Origin: Candidatus Eiseniibacteriota bacterium
GTDB taxonomy: Bacteria > Eisenbacteria > RBG-16-71-46
Reading direction: 5' to 3'
Assembly: GCA_963717935.1 (NCBI GenBank)
Contig: CAVQXP010000004.1
Span: 64,001-128,000, forward strand
DNA: 64,000 bases
Made by a program: the position numbers and the translations under genes. Shown piece after piece: positions 51,957 to 61,759 of this stretch; within the stretch, counting starts at the first letter, position 1; every line of letters begins with the position of its first letter. The notes under the pieces were generated by a model, which made no database searches, was not told the DNA's origin, and worked only from the letters and a program-made list of their open reading frames with translations.

Positions 51957-52526
51957 TCAGGCCTTCGCCACCTCGGGCGAGCGGCCGGCCAGCAACTCCT
52001 CGGCGTACTCCCGGCCCTTCTCGAAGGCCTTCCGGTTCAGCTCCTCGGTCCCGGACGGGACCGAGAGGCGGAGCGCCTCGCGCATGGCCTCCATCGGCAC
52101 CAGCTTCGTGATGGCGGAGAAGAAGCCCAGCATCACCACGTTCTGCACCAGCACGCGGCCGAGCACTTCGGCGATGCGGGTGGAGGGGATGCCGTGGGCG
52201 CGCTGCGTGGGCTTGACGACCGGATGGACCAGGTTCGACTCGTAGATCAGCACGCCGTCGTCCTTCAACTCGTTCTTGTACAGCTCGAAGCCCTCGGACG
52301 ACATGGCCACCAGGACGTCCGGATGACGCACGTACGGGTAGAGCACCTCGGTCTCCGACATCGCCAGCGTGGCGCTGCACGACGAGCCGCGCGCCTCGGG
52401 GCCGAAGCTCTGGATCATGGCGGCGTGCTTGCCGGCGTGCACGGCCCAGGCGCGGCCGATCACCGTGCTGATGAGCACGACGCCCTGGCCGCCATAGCCG
52501 GTGACGCGGACCTCAGTCCTGCCCAT
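51957..52526 (-). CDS. korC: 2-oxoacid:ferredoxin oxidoreductase gamma subunit
   Basis: GYGGQGV, SFGPEARG, NVVMLG and NRKAFEKG. Confidence 0.88.
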   Translation of the reverse strand: MGRTEVRVTGYGGQGVVLISTVIGRAWAVHAGKHAAMIQSFGPEARGSSCSATLAMSETEVLYPYVRHPDVLVAMSSEGFELYKNELKDDGVLIYESNLVHPVVKPTQRAHGIPSTRIAEVLGRVLVQNVVMLGFFSAITKLVPMEAMREALRLSVPSGTEELNRKAFEKGREYAEELLAGRSPEVAKA

Positions 52527-53415
52527 GGAGCATCCCCCCCTCGGGCGGCATCGGCACGTACTTGTCGCCGAGCACGCCACGGTAGTGCGCCTCCATCGCC
52601 TCGAGGAACGTGGGCCGCTCCTCGTCCACGAACTTCCCGCAGATGATCTTGCTCTGGAAGTCGAGGTCGAGTTCGCGCGTGTCGGCCTTGTTCTTGATCT
52701 CGAAGTTGTCGCGGTAGTAGGTCATCAGGTCGAGCCCGGTCCCGAGCTTGTTGAGGCGCGCGTACAGGGTCGAGCAGGGCGCGATCACCTCGATGAAGCG
52801 GAAGCCCTTGCGCTTCAGGGCCTCGGTGAAGGTCCGGGTCATCTGGGCGGTGTGCATGCTGGTCCAGCGCGCCACGTAGGTGGCCCCGCAGGTGGCGGCC
52901 AGGTGCGGCAGGTTGAACGGCCGCTCGAAGTTGCCCAGCGGCATGGTCGAGGAGCGCGCGCCCAGCGGCGTGGTGGGCGCGTTCTGCCCGCCGGTCATGC
53001 CGTAGATGAAGTTGTTCACCAGGATCACCAGCAGGTCCATGTTGCGGCGGGCGGCGTGGATGAAGTGGTTGCCGCCGATGCCCATCAGGTCCCCATCGCC
53101 CGAGATCACCGCCACCGTCAGCTCGGGCCGGCCCAGTTTGAGGCCGGTGGCGAAGGGCAGCGCGCGTCCGTGGGTCGAGTGGAAGCTGTCCATCTTCACG
53201 TAGCCCGCCACGCGTCCCGTGCAGCCGATGCCGGAGACGACGCTCACCTTGTCGAGGTCCAGCTTCGAGCGGCCCAGCGCCGTGGCGAAGCACTTCACCA
53301 CCGTGCCGATGCCGCAGGTCGGGCACCAGATGTGCGGCATCCGGTCCATGCGGATGTAGGGGGTGATCGGGTGTTCGCGTTCCTCGCCCGTGCCGAGCTC
53401 GATCAGCGTGCTCAT
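52513..53415 (-). CDS. korB: 2-oxoacid:ferredoxin oxidoreductase beta subunit
   Basis: WCPTCG, VSGIGC, HGRA and GDGD..NN.IYGMTGGQ TPP motif. Confidence 0.92.
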   Translation of the reverse strand: MSTLIELGTGEEREHPITPYIRMDRMPHIWCPTCGIGTVVKCFATALGRSKLDLDKVSVVSGIGCTGRVAGYVKMDSFHSTHGRALPFATGLKLGRPELTVAVISGDGDLMGIGGNHFIHAARRNMDLLVILVNNFIYGMTGGQNAPTTPLGARSSTMPLGNFERPFNLPHLAATCGATYVARWTSMHTAQMTRTFTEALKRKGFRFIEVIAPCSTLYARLNKLGTGLDLMTYYRDNFEIKNKADTRELDLDFQSKIICGKFVDEERPTFLEAMEAHYRGVLGDKYVPMPPEGGMLHGQD

Positions 53416-54608
53416 CGTGCCGCTCCCAGGATGGCCTGGCAGATCGCCTCGGGATCGTGGACCCCACCGCCGGCGTGCGGGATCCCGATCGTGGCGGCCT
53501 GGCCCGCCGCGCAGCGCTCCACCTCCAGTGACATCTGCCCGAAATTGATCTCGGGGACCACGAAGGCCTTGATCCCGCGGGCCAGCTCGCGGATGCGGGC
53601 CTCCGGGAAGGGCCAGCACACGACCAGCCGCAGCGTGCCCACCTTCGCCCCCTGCTCGCGCGCCAGCTCCACACCCAGCTGCGCGACGCGCGAGGTGATG
53701 CCGTAGCTCACCACCACCACGTCGGCGCCGGCGGTCTGCTCCTCCTCGATGCGGATGATCTTGTCGACGTTCTTCTGGATCTTGTCCACCAGGCGCCGCA
53801 CCAGGGTCTGCTGGGTCTCGATGGTCATCGCCGGGTAGCCGCGCTCGTCGTGCGTGAGGCCGGTGGTGTGGAAGCGGTAGCCGTCGCCGGCCCGGACCAT
53901 CTCCGGCACCAGGCTCTCGTCGGCGCGGTACGGCAGGTACTCCGCGGGGCTCTTCTTCGTCAGCCGGCGCGGGACGATCTCGATCTGCCCGGCCGGCGGG
54001 ATGACGACCTTCTCGGTCATGTGGCCGACGCACTCATCCATCATCATCAGCACCGGGACGCGATAGAGCTCGGAGAGGTTGAAGGCATCGATGGTCAGGT
54101 CGAAGGCCTCCTGCGGCGAGCGCGGGCTGAGCGCGATCAGGCTGTAGTCGCCGTGCGAGCCCCAGCGGGCCTGCATCATGTCGCCCTGGCCGACCATGGT
54201 CGGCAGCCCGGTCGAGGGCCCTGCGCGCTGCACGTCAACGACCACGACCGGGGTCTCCATCATCGCCGCCAGGCCGATGTTCTCCATCATCAGGCTGAAG
54301 CCGGGGCCGCTGGTCACGGTCATGCACTTGGTGCCCGACCACGAGCCGCCCACGATGGCCGCCATGCTGGCCAGCTCGTCCTCCATCTGGATGAAGATGC
54401 CGCCCACCGTGGGGAAGCGGCGCCCGATGCGCTCGACGACCTCGGTCGAGGGGGTGATCGGGTAGCCCGCCACGAACCGGCAGCCGGCGGCCATGGCGCC
54501 CTCGCCGCAGGCGAAGTCGCCGTCCAGATAGTGCGTGCCGGTGAGGACTCCGCGGGGGTCGGCCTTGACGGTGCGCGTTCCGGAGGCTTCCAGGTAGTGG
54601 GGGCGCAT
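53412..54608 (-). CDS. korA: 2-oxoacid:ferredoxin oxidoreductase alpha subunit
   Basis: AGYPITPSTE, QMEDE, TSGPGFSLM.E and QRAGPSTGLPT. Confidence 0.93.
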   Translation of the reverse strand: MRPHYLEASGTRTVKADPRGVLTGTHYLDGDFACGEGAMAAGCRFVAGYPITPSTEVVERIGRRFPTVGGIFIQMEDELASMAAIVGGSWSGTKCMTVTSGPGFSLMMENIGLAAMMETPVVVVDVQRAGPSTGLPTMVGQGDMMQARWGSHGDYSLIALSPRSPQEAFDLTIDAFNLSELYRVPVLMMMDECVGHMTEKVVIPPAGQIEIVPRRLTKKSPAEYLPYRADESLVPEMVRAGDGYRFHTTGLTHDERGYPAMTIETQQTLVRRLVDKIQKNVDKIIRIEEEQTAGADVVVVSYGITSRVAQLGVELAREQGAKVGTLRLVVCWPFPEARIRELARGIKAFVVPEINFGQMSLEVERCAAGQAATIGIPHAGGGVHDPEAICQAILGAAR

Positions 54609-54931
54609 CACTTGGCCTCCTCGTTCCCGTTCTCCTCGCCGGCCGCACCGTCCGCCAGGCGGACGGTGAAGATCGCGAAGTCGGGGCAGATCATCTCGCA
54701 GGTGTCGCAGTTCTTGCAGTTGTCGGGGTTGACGACCTTGGGCGGGTGATAGCCCTTGCGATTGAACTTCTCCGAGTTCTCGAGCACGTCCCGGGGGCAG
54801 AACTCGACGCAGAAGCCACACCCCTTGCACCAGTCCGTGATGATGCACAACTCGCCGCGCGGTACACGGACACGCTCCACGTCCGGCGGCTTGCGCTGGG
54901 GTACCGACTCAGTCCCCTCGACCGGCTTCAT
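54608..54931 (-). CDS. korD: 2x[4Fe-4S] ferredoxin, oxidoreductase delta subunit
   Basis: CKGCGFCVEFCP and CKNCDTCEMICP; start MKPVEG with RBS. Confidence 0.9.
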   Translation of the reverse strand: MKPVEGTESVPQRKPPDVERVRVPRGELCIITDWCKGCGFCVEFCPRDVLENSEKFNRKGYHPPKVVNPDNCKNCDTCEMICPDFAIFTVRLADGAAGEENGNEEAK

Positions 54932-55230
54932 CCGATGCCCTCCGCGATCGTCTCGTCCCCCGCCCCTCGCCTCCCGGGGCCGTGCTCCGCTGGACCGGCT
55001 GTCAGGCGGACTCTGACGGACTCTACTTCCGTTCAGGCAAGCAAGATACAGGCCCCCGCCACGGTGGGCCCGGAGCCCGCTGCCTGCGACCGCGCGATGC
55101 GCCCAACGGCTTGGGGAGAACGGGATTGGGACGAGCGGCGCTCCGGATGCCGTGGACCCGTGAGCGCCCCGGACACGGGCGCGCGCCTGCCATGCGACAG
55201 CCCGGGTCTGTGACATGGCAGGAAGACGGA

Positions 55231-55262
55231 GCGGCCCCCGGTGGGGGTCCACCGGGGGCCGC
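55231..55262 (-). terminator. hairpin downstream of lemA
   Basis: gcggcccccggtgg-gggt-ccaccgggggccgc, a 14-bp stem. Confidence 0.6.
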
Positions 55263-55290
55263 GCGTGCCGCTCGGAAGGCCGGGGTCGGG

Positions 55291-55869
55291 TCAGCCCGCC
55301 ATGGCGAACTTGATCTCGACGTCCTGGCGGTCCTCGGCCGTCGCGTGGAACAACTCCGCCGGGGTGAAGGCGAGCCAGCCCGCCACCCACTTGTCGGGGA
55401 TCTGGCCGAGCCGCGTGTTGAAGGTGGCGACGGTGTCGTTGTAGTACTCGCGGCGGTCCGCGATCTGGCTCTCGATCTCGCTGATGCGCGACTGCAGCTG
55501 CAGGAAGCCCTGGTTGGCCTTGAGGTCGGGATAGGCCTCGGCCACGGCGAAGATGCCGCCCAGCGCCCGGGTCAGCAGGTTCTCGGCTTCGGCGCGCTGC
55601 CCCACGCCCTGCGCCCGGAGCAGCGCCCCTCGCGCCTCGCTCAGCTTGTCGAACACCGAGCGCTCGTGCTGCATGTAGCCTTCGCAGGTCTTCACGAGCT
55701 TGGGCAGTTCGTCGTGGCGCTGCTTCAGGAGCACGTCGATGTTGGCCCACGAGCGCGCGATGGCGTTCTTGAGGGCGACCAGGCTGTTGTAGATGGAGAA
55801 CCACACGCCAGCCAGCGCCACGACGCCGAACAGCACCGCGGCCGTACCAAGGATCTCACCGGGATGCAT
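55291..55869 (-). CDS. lemA: LemA family protein
   Basis: YNSLV..WANIDVLLKQRHD.LP.LV, AEAYPDLKAN and RREYYND.V..FN. Confidence 0.93.
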   Translation of the reverse strand: MHPGEILGTAAVLFGVVALAGVWFSIYNSLVALKNAIARSWANIDVLLKQRHDELPKLVKTCEGYMQHERSVFDKLSEARGALLRAQGVGQRAEAENLLTRALGGIFAVAEAYPDLKANQGFLQLQSRISEIESQIADRREYYNDTVATFNTRLGQIPDKWVAGWLAFTPAELFHATAEDRQDVEIKFAMAG

Positions 55870-55911
55870 CCGCTGCCTCCTGGGGGTTGCCGGCGGGGCC
55901 GGCGGACGGGG

Positions 55912-56724
55912 TCATCGGAACCACTGGCTCGTGCTCAGAGCGTGGAGCCAGTACGCGAGACCGAACAGCGTGAGCGCGGGCCCGCCGATCAGCTCGGCCG
56001 TGGCCCGCAACCCCAGCTGCATCGTCAGCTCGCGCTCGGACTGCTGGGAGATGATGTAGGTGCGCTCGTTCTCGCCGCGCCGGATGATCGCCTGCGTCTC
56101 GTGATCGAGGCTCCGCAGCCGGCGGGCGCGACGGTCGTCGGTGCCGGTCGCCTCGAGCTCGTCGTCCATCGAGATCGCGACCGACTGCGGCCGCGGCATG
56201 GCGGTCCCCAGCACGTAGACGCGCTGGCCGGCCTCCAGCACGCGCTCACGGAAGCGCAGACTGCCCAGGCGCCACAGCGCGCTCCCGGCGGGGCGGTGCT
56301 CATGCAGGTACTGGGCGTAGAGGTCGGGGAGCGAGATCCCCAGGCACTCTTCCTGGATCTGGAAGTTGAGCCGCACCGTGGCGTCCTGCGGGTAGACCAG
56401 CGCCACGCCGGTCTCGTCGCGCAGGAAGAAGGGGCTCCCCGAGGCGTTGCGGTGCACCACGTGCCAGGTGTTGCGCCGCGAGCGCGTGGCGATGTCCACC
56501 TGCCAGTAGGCGCACGGCCGGCCGGAGAATGGCGCCACGAGTTCGCTGCGCGGGCTCGCCTCGCCGTCGATCTCCACGAGCCCCATGGGCATCGAGCGGA
56601 TGCGTGCGGTCGGCGTGTTCTGGATGAGCCGCTGCACGCGCAGGTCACGGAAGCTGCGCCAGAACAGGACGGGCCCCGTGCCCAGCGCCAGCGAAGCCCA
56701 GAAGGGCAGCTCGAGACCGTGCAT
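55912..56724 (-). CDS. GIDE-domain membrane protein
   Basis: N- and C-terminal TM segments, IQNTPTARIRS..GLVEI.G, APFSGRPC, PFFL.DETG and RFRERVL..G.RVYVLG. Confidence 0.7.
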   Translation of the reverse strand: MHGLELPFWASLALGTGPVLFWRSFRDLRVQRLIQNTPTARIRSMPMGLVEIDGEASPRSELVAPFSGRPCAYWQVDIATRSRRNTWHVVHRNASGSPFFLRDETGVALVYPQDATVRLNFQIQEECLGISLPDLYAQYLHEHRPAGSALWRLGSLRFRERVLEAGQRVYVLGTAMPRPQSVAISMDDELEATGTDDRRARRLRSLDHETQAIIRRGENERTYIISQQSERELTMQLGLRATAELIGGPALTLFGLAYWLHALSTSQWFR

Positions 56725-56733
56725 CGCCGCCGC

Positions 56734-57564
56734 CTAGAAGCGTCCCAACGCGCGCAGGTAGTCGGCCACGGCGGCCAGATGGAGCAGGCCGAGCAGGCTC
56801 AGCGCCGGCCCGGCGAACACGCCCAGCGCCCGCCAGGCGGGCACGGCAAGGTCGCGGGCCACCGGCGCCCGGTCGGAGACGAAGAGGAAGTCGAGGAGCT
56901 CGCCCGGACCCAGCCACAGGTCGCACACCTGCGCGGTGGCGCTCGCGGGGGCCACCTCGAACGTGGAGTCCGTGCCGGTCCGCACGAGCTCGAGGGCCAC
57001 CGGCTGATCGAGCGGGTGCGAGCGCCGCGCGAACCCCACGACGTGGCAGGACGAACCGGCGAGCAGCGCGCGCTCGACCAGCCGCAGCCGGCCTCCCGCG
57101 CGGCGCCACCACAGCGCCTCGGGGACCTGCTCCAGCAGCCGCGCCAGGCTCTCCGTCAGGGGCTCGTCGGCCGCGACCTCGCGCTCCGCGGTGGCAGAGA
57201 GCGACCAGCGGCCCTCGGCCGATTCCAGGCGTGCCAGGGCCTCGCGGCCCGCCACGCGGAAGGGACGGCGCTCCTCGACGGTCTTCACGATGTGCGCCCC
57301 GACGGCGTGCACTTCGAGCTGGAAGCCGGCGCACGGGGCGGCGGAGAGCGGCGTGAACATGGGGCTCTCGAGCGCCACGGTGCCGCTCACGTGCACGAAG
57401 CCCGCAAGACCATCGGCCAGCGGCCTTTCCGCGAGGCCGGCGAGGTGCCTTCGCAGCCGCAGTGAGCGCAGGCCGTCGCTGAAGATCGGCGCCCCGGCCA
57501 CGACGGCGCCGATGGCGCACGCGAGCCCCCCGGCAGTCGGATGAACGAGCTGGGTAAGGTCCAT
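56734..57564 (-). CDS. GIDE-like membrane protein (paralog)
   Basis: Same layout: GFVHVSG, TPLSAAPC, RLVERAL..G..CHVVG, FVSD and a terminal TM. Confidence 0.55.
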   Translation of the reverse strand: MDLTQLVHPTAGGLACAIGAVVAGAPIFSDGLRSLRLRRHLAGLAERPLADGLAGFVHVSGTVALESPMFTPLSAAPCAGFQLEVHAVGAHIVKTVEERRPFRVAGREALARLESAEGRWSLSATAEREVAADEPLTESLARLLEQVPEALWWRRAGGRLRLVERALLAGSSCHVVGFARRSHPLDQPVALELVRTGTDSTFEVAPASATAQVCDLWLGPGELLDFLFVSDRAPVARDLAVPAWRALGVFAGPALSLLGLLHLAAVADYLRALGRF

Positions 57565-57573
57565 CGTCCCGGG

Positions 57574-57581
57574 TTATCGGC
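57574..57581 (-). promoter_or_regulatory. sigma-28-like -10 element
   Basis: Exact GCCGATAA 10 nt upstream of the ATG at 57564; weak -35. Confidence 0.4.
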
Positions 57582-57650
57582 GCCCCGGACGCGGGACATC
57601 AGCCGGAAATGAGGCCCGGGATGGGTCGGCGGAGACGCTCTACCCGCCGC

Positions 57651-58427
57651 TCAGCGCGCGCTTTGCAGCTGCCTGCCCCCATCGATCGGGACCGTCGCTC
57701 CCGTGATCCACGCAGCTTCGTCGCTCAGCAGGAACAGCACCAGCGCGGCGATCTCCTCGGGCTGCCCCACGCGGCCCAGCGGGTGCGTGGTCTTCGAGCG
57801 CTCGAGGAAGCCCGCGTAGTCCGGCACCGCGTTCGTGACGGTCTGCAGCTCCGTCACCACGACGCCCGGGTTCAGCGCGTTCACCCGCACGCCGTGCGGC
57901 GCCAGGTCCAGCGCGGCGCAGCGCGTGAAGGCATCCACGCCGGCCTTGCTCACCACGTAACCCATGAGGTTGGCGTACGGGCGCGGCCCCGCGACCGAGG
58001 AGAGGTTCACGACCGCGCCGCGGCGCTTGATCAACTCGGGCGCGGCGGCGCGGGTGAGCAGGTACATGGCGCGCAGGTTCGTGTCCATCATGCGGTCCCA
58101 TTCCACGGGCTCGAGGTTCAGCAGCCCGCCGCCACCCATCACGCCGGCCGAGTTCACGAGCCCGTCGAGTCCCCCACAGGACTCCACGGCCACATCCACC
58201 CAGGAACGGCAGGCACTCTCCTCGCGTACGTCGCCCGCCACGGCGATCGCCTCGCCACCGGCGCCGCGGATCCGTGCCACGACCTCGTCGAGCCGGGCCT
58301 GCCGGCGTCCCGCGGCGACCACCTTCGCGCCCTCTGCGCCCAGCGCGAGAGCACACGCCCGGCCGATGCCGCTGCTCGCGCCGGTGACGAGGTAGACGCG
58401 GTCCCTGAAACGGGCCTGGCCAGTCAT
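57651..58427 (-). CDS. short-chain dehydrogenase/reductase
   Basis: TGASSGIG, NSAG, YVVSK and ITGATVPIDGG. Confidence 0.93.
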   Translation of the reverse strand: MTGQARFRDRVYLVTGASSGIGRACALALGAEGAKVVAAGRRQARLDEVVARIRGAGGEAIAVAGDVREESACRSWVDVAVESCGGLDGLVNSAGVMGGGGLLNLEPVEWDRMMDTNLRAMYLLTRAAAPELIKRRGAVVNLSSVAGPRPYANLMGYVVSKAGVDAFTRCAALDLAPHGVRVNALNPGVVVTELQTVTNAVPDYAGFLERSKTTHPLGRVGQPEEIAALVLFLLSDEAAWITGATVPIDGGRQLQSAR

Positions 58428-58748
58428 TCGTCTCTCTCCATTCGAGTTAGGGAGGTGCTGAACAAGTCCGGAATCGGTCCGGCCGGGAGGTTATCCAAGG
58501 CGTCGGCCCGAGTCCAACTTTCCACACCCTGGAGTGCGTGCACGGGTCCACGGAAACCCCTGCGCGAGGTCTTCATCCAGGGGCGCGGCGGCCGACGCAT
58601 CCCCGATCGATTCGAGGGCGGCCTGGAAGAACCGCGAGTGGCTCGACGCCCTGGGCGTCGAGGTGCTCTCGCTCGATACCGAGGAGGCCGGAGCGCAGGT
58701 GCTGCGCGTCATCGACCAGGCGCGGGTCCGCCCGCGCGCCTAGCCTCG

Positions 58749-59174
58749 CTACCGGACGCTTCCCCGTTCGGCCTTCGCCAGCACGGCCAGGAATCCGCGG
58801 TCCGCGTCCAGCACCTCCGCCGGATCGACCTCGGAAGGCCGGTTCCAGCGCACCTCGTGGACCTCGGGGCTGGGCGTGAAGTCGAGCGAGTCCAGCTCGC
58901 AGCGCACGAAGTGCAGCTCGACCGAAAGGCCGTGAGCGTACTCGTGCGTCTCCACGGCCAGCGTGCCTTGCGGCACGGAGCCCACCCCCAGCTCCTCGCG
59001 CAGCTCGCGCACCAGGGCCTGCTCGGCCGTCTCGCCGGGCTCGAGCTTGCCGCCGGGGAACTCCCACTTGAGCCCGAGCGGCCCACCCGGCGGGCGACGC
59101 GTCAGGAGCACCCGCCCGTCGCACCAGACGACCGCGGCGGCCACCTTGACGGGGCGGGAGCTGGCATCAGCCAC
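58749..59174 (-). CDS. NUDIX hydrolase, MutT/NudG-like
   Basis: WEFPGGKLEPGETAEQALVRELREELG Nudix box. Confidence 0.92.
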   Translation of the reverse strand: MADASSRPVKVAAAVVWCDGRVLLTRRPPGGPLGLKWEFPGGKLEPGETAEQALVRELREELGVGSVPQGTLAVETHEYAHGLSVELHFVRCELDSLDFTPSPEVHEVRWNRPSEVDPAEVLDADRGFLAVLAKAERGSVR

Positions 59175-59775
59175 GGCGCGGCCCCTCCCCCAGCGCCTCG
59201 CGCACCTCGCGCTCGAAGAGCAGGAGGTAGCGCCGCTCGCCCGACTCCCGCGCGGCGATGGCCCGGCGCGCCGCCTGACAGAGGAAGGCCGCCGGTTCGG
59301 GATCGAGCCTGCGGCAGCGGCGCAGCGGCCCCGGCAGCCGCAGGTAGCCCGGGGGCGCGTCGTTGAGCAACGGTGAGCGCGCGAGTGCCCACAGGTCGCA
59401 GGCGCGCTCGCCGCGCGGCACCTCGCGGCGGGCTTGCAGGAGGTGCGTGAACTCGTGCGCGATGGTGAAGTACGAGAGCCGGCGGGGGCGCACCCAGATG
59501 CCCGGGCGCTCGGGGTCGAGCGAACCCCAGCCGAGCACGCCGCGCTTCTGAGCCAGCCCGACGCGCACCGTACGGTCGGCCAACTCGGGAAAGAAGCGCC
59601 GCACGAACTCCAGGCGCTCGAGGATGCGCGGCCGGTGCGGTGAGCGCTCGACCAGCCTCGAGAGGTCCCAGCGGGGACGCGGCGGCCCGAAGTCCATCGC
59701 GAGCTGCTCGAGCGGCACGATCCGGCGGCGGCGGCGCACGGACCGCGGCTGCAGAGCGACGGAGAGAGCGGGCAT
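59167..59775 (-). CDS. hypothetical HExxH (minimal zincin) protein
   Basis: TIAHEFTHLLQ..GERACD; the stop overlaps the NUDIX start; start uncertain. Confidence 0.6.
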   Translation of the reverse strand: MPALSVALQPRSVRRRRRIVPLEQLAMDFGPPRPRWDLSRLVERSPHRPRILERLEFVRRFFPELADRTVRVGLAQKRGVLGWGSLDPERPGIWVRPRRLSYFTIAHEFTHLLQARREVPRGERACDLWALARSPLLNDAPPGYLRLPGPLRRCRRLDPEPAAFLCQAARRAIAARESGERRYLLLFEREVREALGEGPRRG

Positions 59776-59848
59776 CGCGGGACTTTCTAGCACAGGGGGC
59801 GGGACTGGCAAAGGGCGAAGGCGGGCGAGGGCGGAGCTTGCGGCGGGG

Positions 59849-60113
59849 GCGGCGGGAATCGTGCAGGCCGGAGGACGGCTAAGTACGGACACGCTCGCCC
59901 TCCGGCCTGCACGATCCCCGCCGCGAAGCTTGGACCATGGACGATGCAGCCGGCATGGGCGAGAGGGACGACGCAGAGCCCGCAGCGAGGGTCCGGGCCC
60001 CGGCCGACGCAGGATGCGGCGGCCGGGGGATTGCCCGGGAGCGAGCACCGCCAGGATGGCGGCGCGCAGCGTCCTCGCGGAGGGCTTTGCGTCGTCCCTC
60101 TCGCCCATGCCGG
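59849..60113. repeat. two long inverted repeats in a divergent intergenic region
   Basis: 26-bp arms at 59849-59874/59899-59924 and 32-bp arms at 59950-59981/60082-60113, each with one mismatch. Confidence 0.85.
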
Positions 60114-60186
60114 GGACAACAGCCTCGGGCCTCGCCGCGAAGCCTGCTGGCCCGGCGGGCCGCCTTCTGCCATGCTCGGCGCGCCC

Positions 60187-60918
60187 ATGAGCGAACCGAC
60201 CCAGGCGCCCGAGATCTCCGTCGTCATCCCGGCCTACGACGAGGCCGAGAACCTGCCCATCCTGCTCGCCGAGCTGCGCCCGGTGCTCGAGGCGACCGGG
60301 CGGACCTGGGAGCTGGTGCTGGTGGACGACGGCAGCCACGACGGCACGGCGGAGCGCATCCGCGCCGAGTCCGTCGCCGACCCCCGCATCCGGCCCGTGC
60401 TGCTCGCGGCCAACGGCGGGCAGAGCGCGGCGCTGGCCGCCGGTTTCGCGCAGGTCCGCGGAGGCGTCGTCGTGACGCTCGACGCCGACCTGCAGAACGA
60501 CCCGGCCGACCTGCCACGCCTCCTGGCCGCGCTCGAGCAGGCCGACGTGGTCTCGGGCATCCGCGCGAACCGTCAGGACTCGGCCGTGCGCCTGATCTCC
60601 TCGCGCATCGCGAACAGCTTCCGTCGCTGGGTGTTGGGCGACCGGGTCACCGACATCGGCTGCTCGTTCAAGGCCTACCGGCGCGAGGCGCTCGAGGGCC
60701 TGCCCATGTTCGTGGGCGCACACCGGTTCCTGCCCGCGTTGTGCGTGTTCCGCGGCGCGCGGCTGGCCGAGGTCGAACTCTCGCACCGCCCCCGGCGTCA
60801 CGGTGTGTCGAAGTACGGTGTCGGCAACCGGCTGTGGCGCGGGCTGCACGACCTCCTGGGTGTGCGCTGGCTCAAGTCGCGGCTAGTGCGCTACCGCGTG
60901 CGCGACGACTCGCGCTGA
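60187..60918 (+). CDS. glycosyltransferase family 2 (polyprenol-phosphate glycosyltransferase-like)
   Basis: ISVVIPAYDE, VDDGSHDGT, TLDADLQNDP and HRFLP. Confidence 0.92.
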   Translation: MSEPTQAPEISVVIPAYDEAENLPILLAELRPVLEATGRTWELVLVDDGSHDGTAERIRAESVADPRIRPVLLAANGGQSAALAAGFAQVRGGVVVTLDADLQNDPADLPRLLAALEQADVVSGIRANRQDSAVRLISSRIANSFRRWVLGDRVTDIGCSFKAYRREALEGLPMFVGAHRFLPALCVFRGARLAEVELSHRPRRHGVSKYGVGNRLWRGLHDLLGVRWLKSRLVRYRVRDDSR

Positions 60919-61070
60919 GGCTGCCACTCCGGCGGACGGCAGGGGGCCCGGCCCGGCCGGCGTCGTCGAAGGTTGTGGCATCGGGGGCCGGGGCGGGCTT
61001 ATAGTGCCGGCACGGCAGCTCCCCCGAACATGGACGTTGGCCCCGAGGACGGATCCTCAAGGAGCCCCGC

Positions 61071-61616
61071 ATGCGCATCATCGTTCGCTTCTGCTTCGTC
61101 ACCCTCCTGCTGCTCGTTTCCGCCGTGCTCGCCCGCGCCCAGGCGCTCTCCGGCGTGGACGTGATGAGTTCCACCGTGATGCAGCAGCATCAGAGCTCGT
61201 TCTCGGGCCTCAGCGCCCGCGTGCGGCTGCGCTCGGCACGCATCGTCGAGGACTTCGACCTCCTGCCCTACGTCGAGTATTGGCGCAACAGCACCCGGGT
61301 CGAACCCTTCGGCATCACCAGCACGCGCAAGGACGCGACCCTGGGCGCCGACGCGCGCTACTCGTTCCGGCGCGAGGGCTGGCGGCCCTACGTGGGAGCC
61401 GGCCTCGGGGTCCACTTCCTCTCGACCGAGGTGGACGCGCCCTCGCTGGGCCTGAACCACGCGACCGACTCGGTCATCAAGGGCGGTCTCTCGGCGCTCA
61501 CCGGGATCACGTTCCCGCTCTCCAAGCGCCTCGACAACTTCATGGAGCTGAAGTACCACCACCTGCCGGGCTACAGCCAGCTCAAGATCAATCTGGGGAT
61601 CGCCTGGAGGTTGTAG
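61071..61616 (+). CDS. outer-membrane beta-barrel protein (OmpA/OmpW-like)
   Basis: Signal peptide, RPYVGAGLG and terminal LGIAWRL; AAGGAG RBS. Confidence 0.75.
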   Translation: MRIIVRFCFVTLLLLVSAVLARAQALSGVDVMSSTVMQQHQSSFSGLSARVRLRSARIVEDFDLLPYVEYWRNSTRVEPFGITSTRKDATLGADARYSFRREGWRPYVGAGLGVHFLSTEVDAPSLGLNHATDSVIKGGLSALTGITFPLSKRLDNFMELKYHHLPGYSQLKINLGIAWRL

Positions 61617-61712
61617 GACGGTAGGAGACATCTGGCGCCCCCGGGCACGACCGCGAGGCCCGCCTCGTGGTCGTGCCCCCGGAGAGCGCGCCCCCGCCGC
61701 GCTCCGCGGCCT

Positions 61713-61739
61713 GGTAACGTTCCCCTCCCCTGCGGCGTA
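61713..61739 (+). promoter_or_regulatory. ECF autoregulatory promoter
   Basis: GGTAAC-N17-CGTA upstream of the ECF sigma gene. Confidence 0.55.
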
Positions 61740-61759
61740 GTCCCCTCGGAGGGTCGAGG

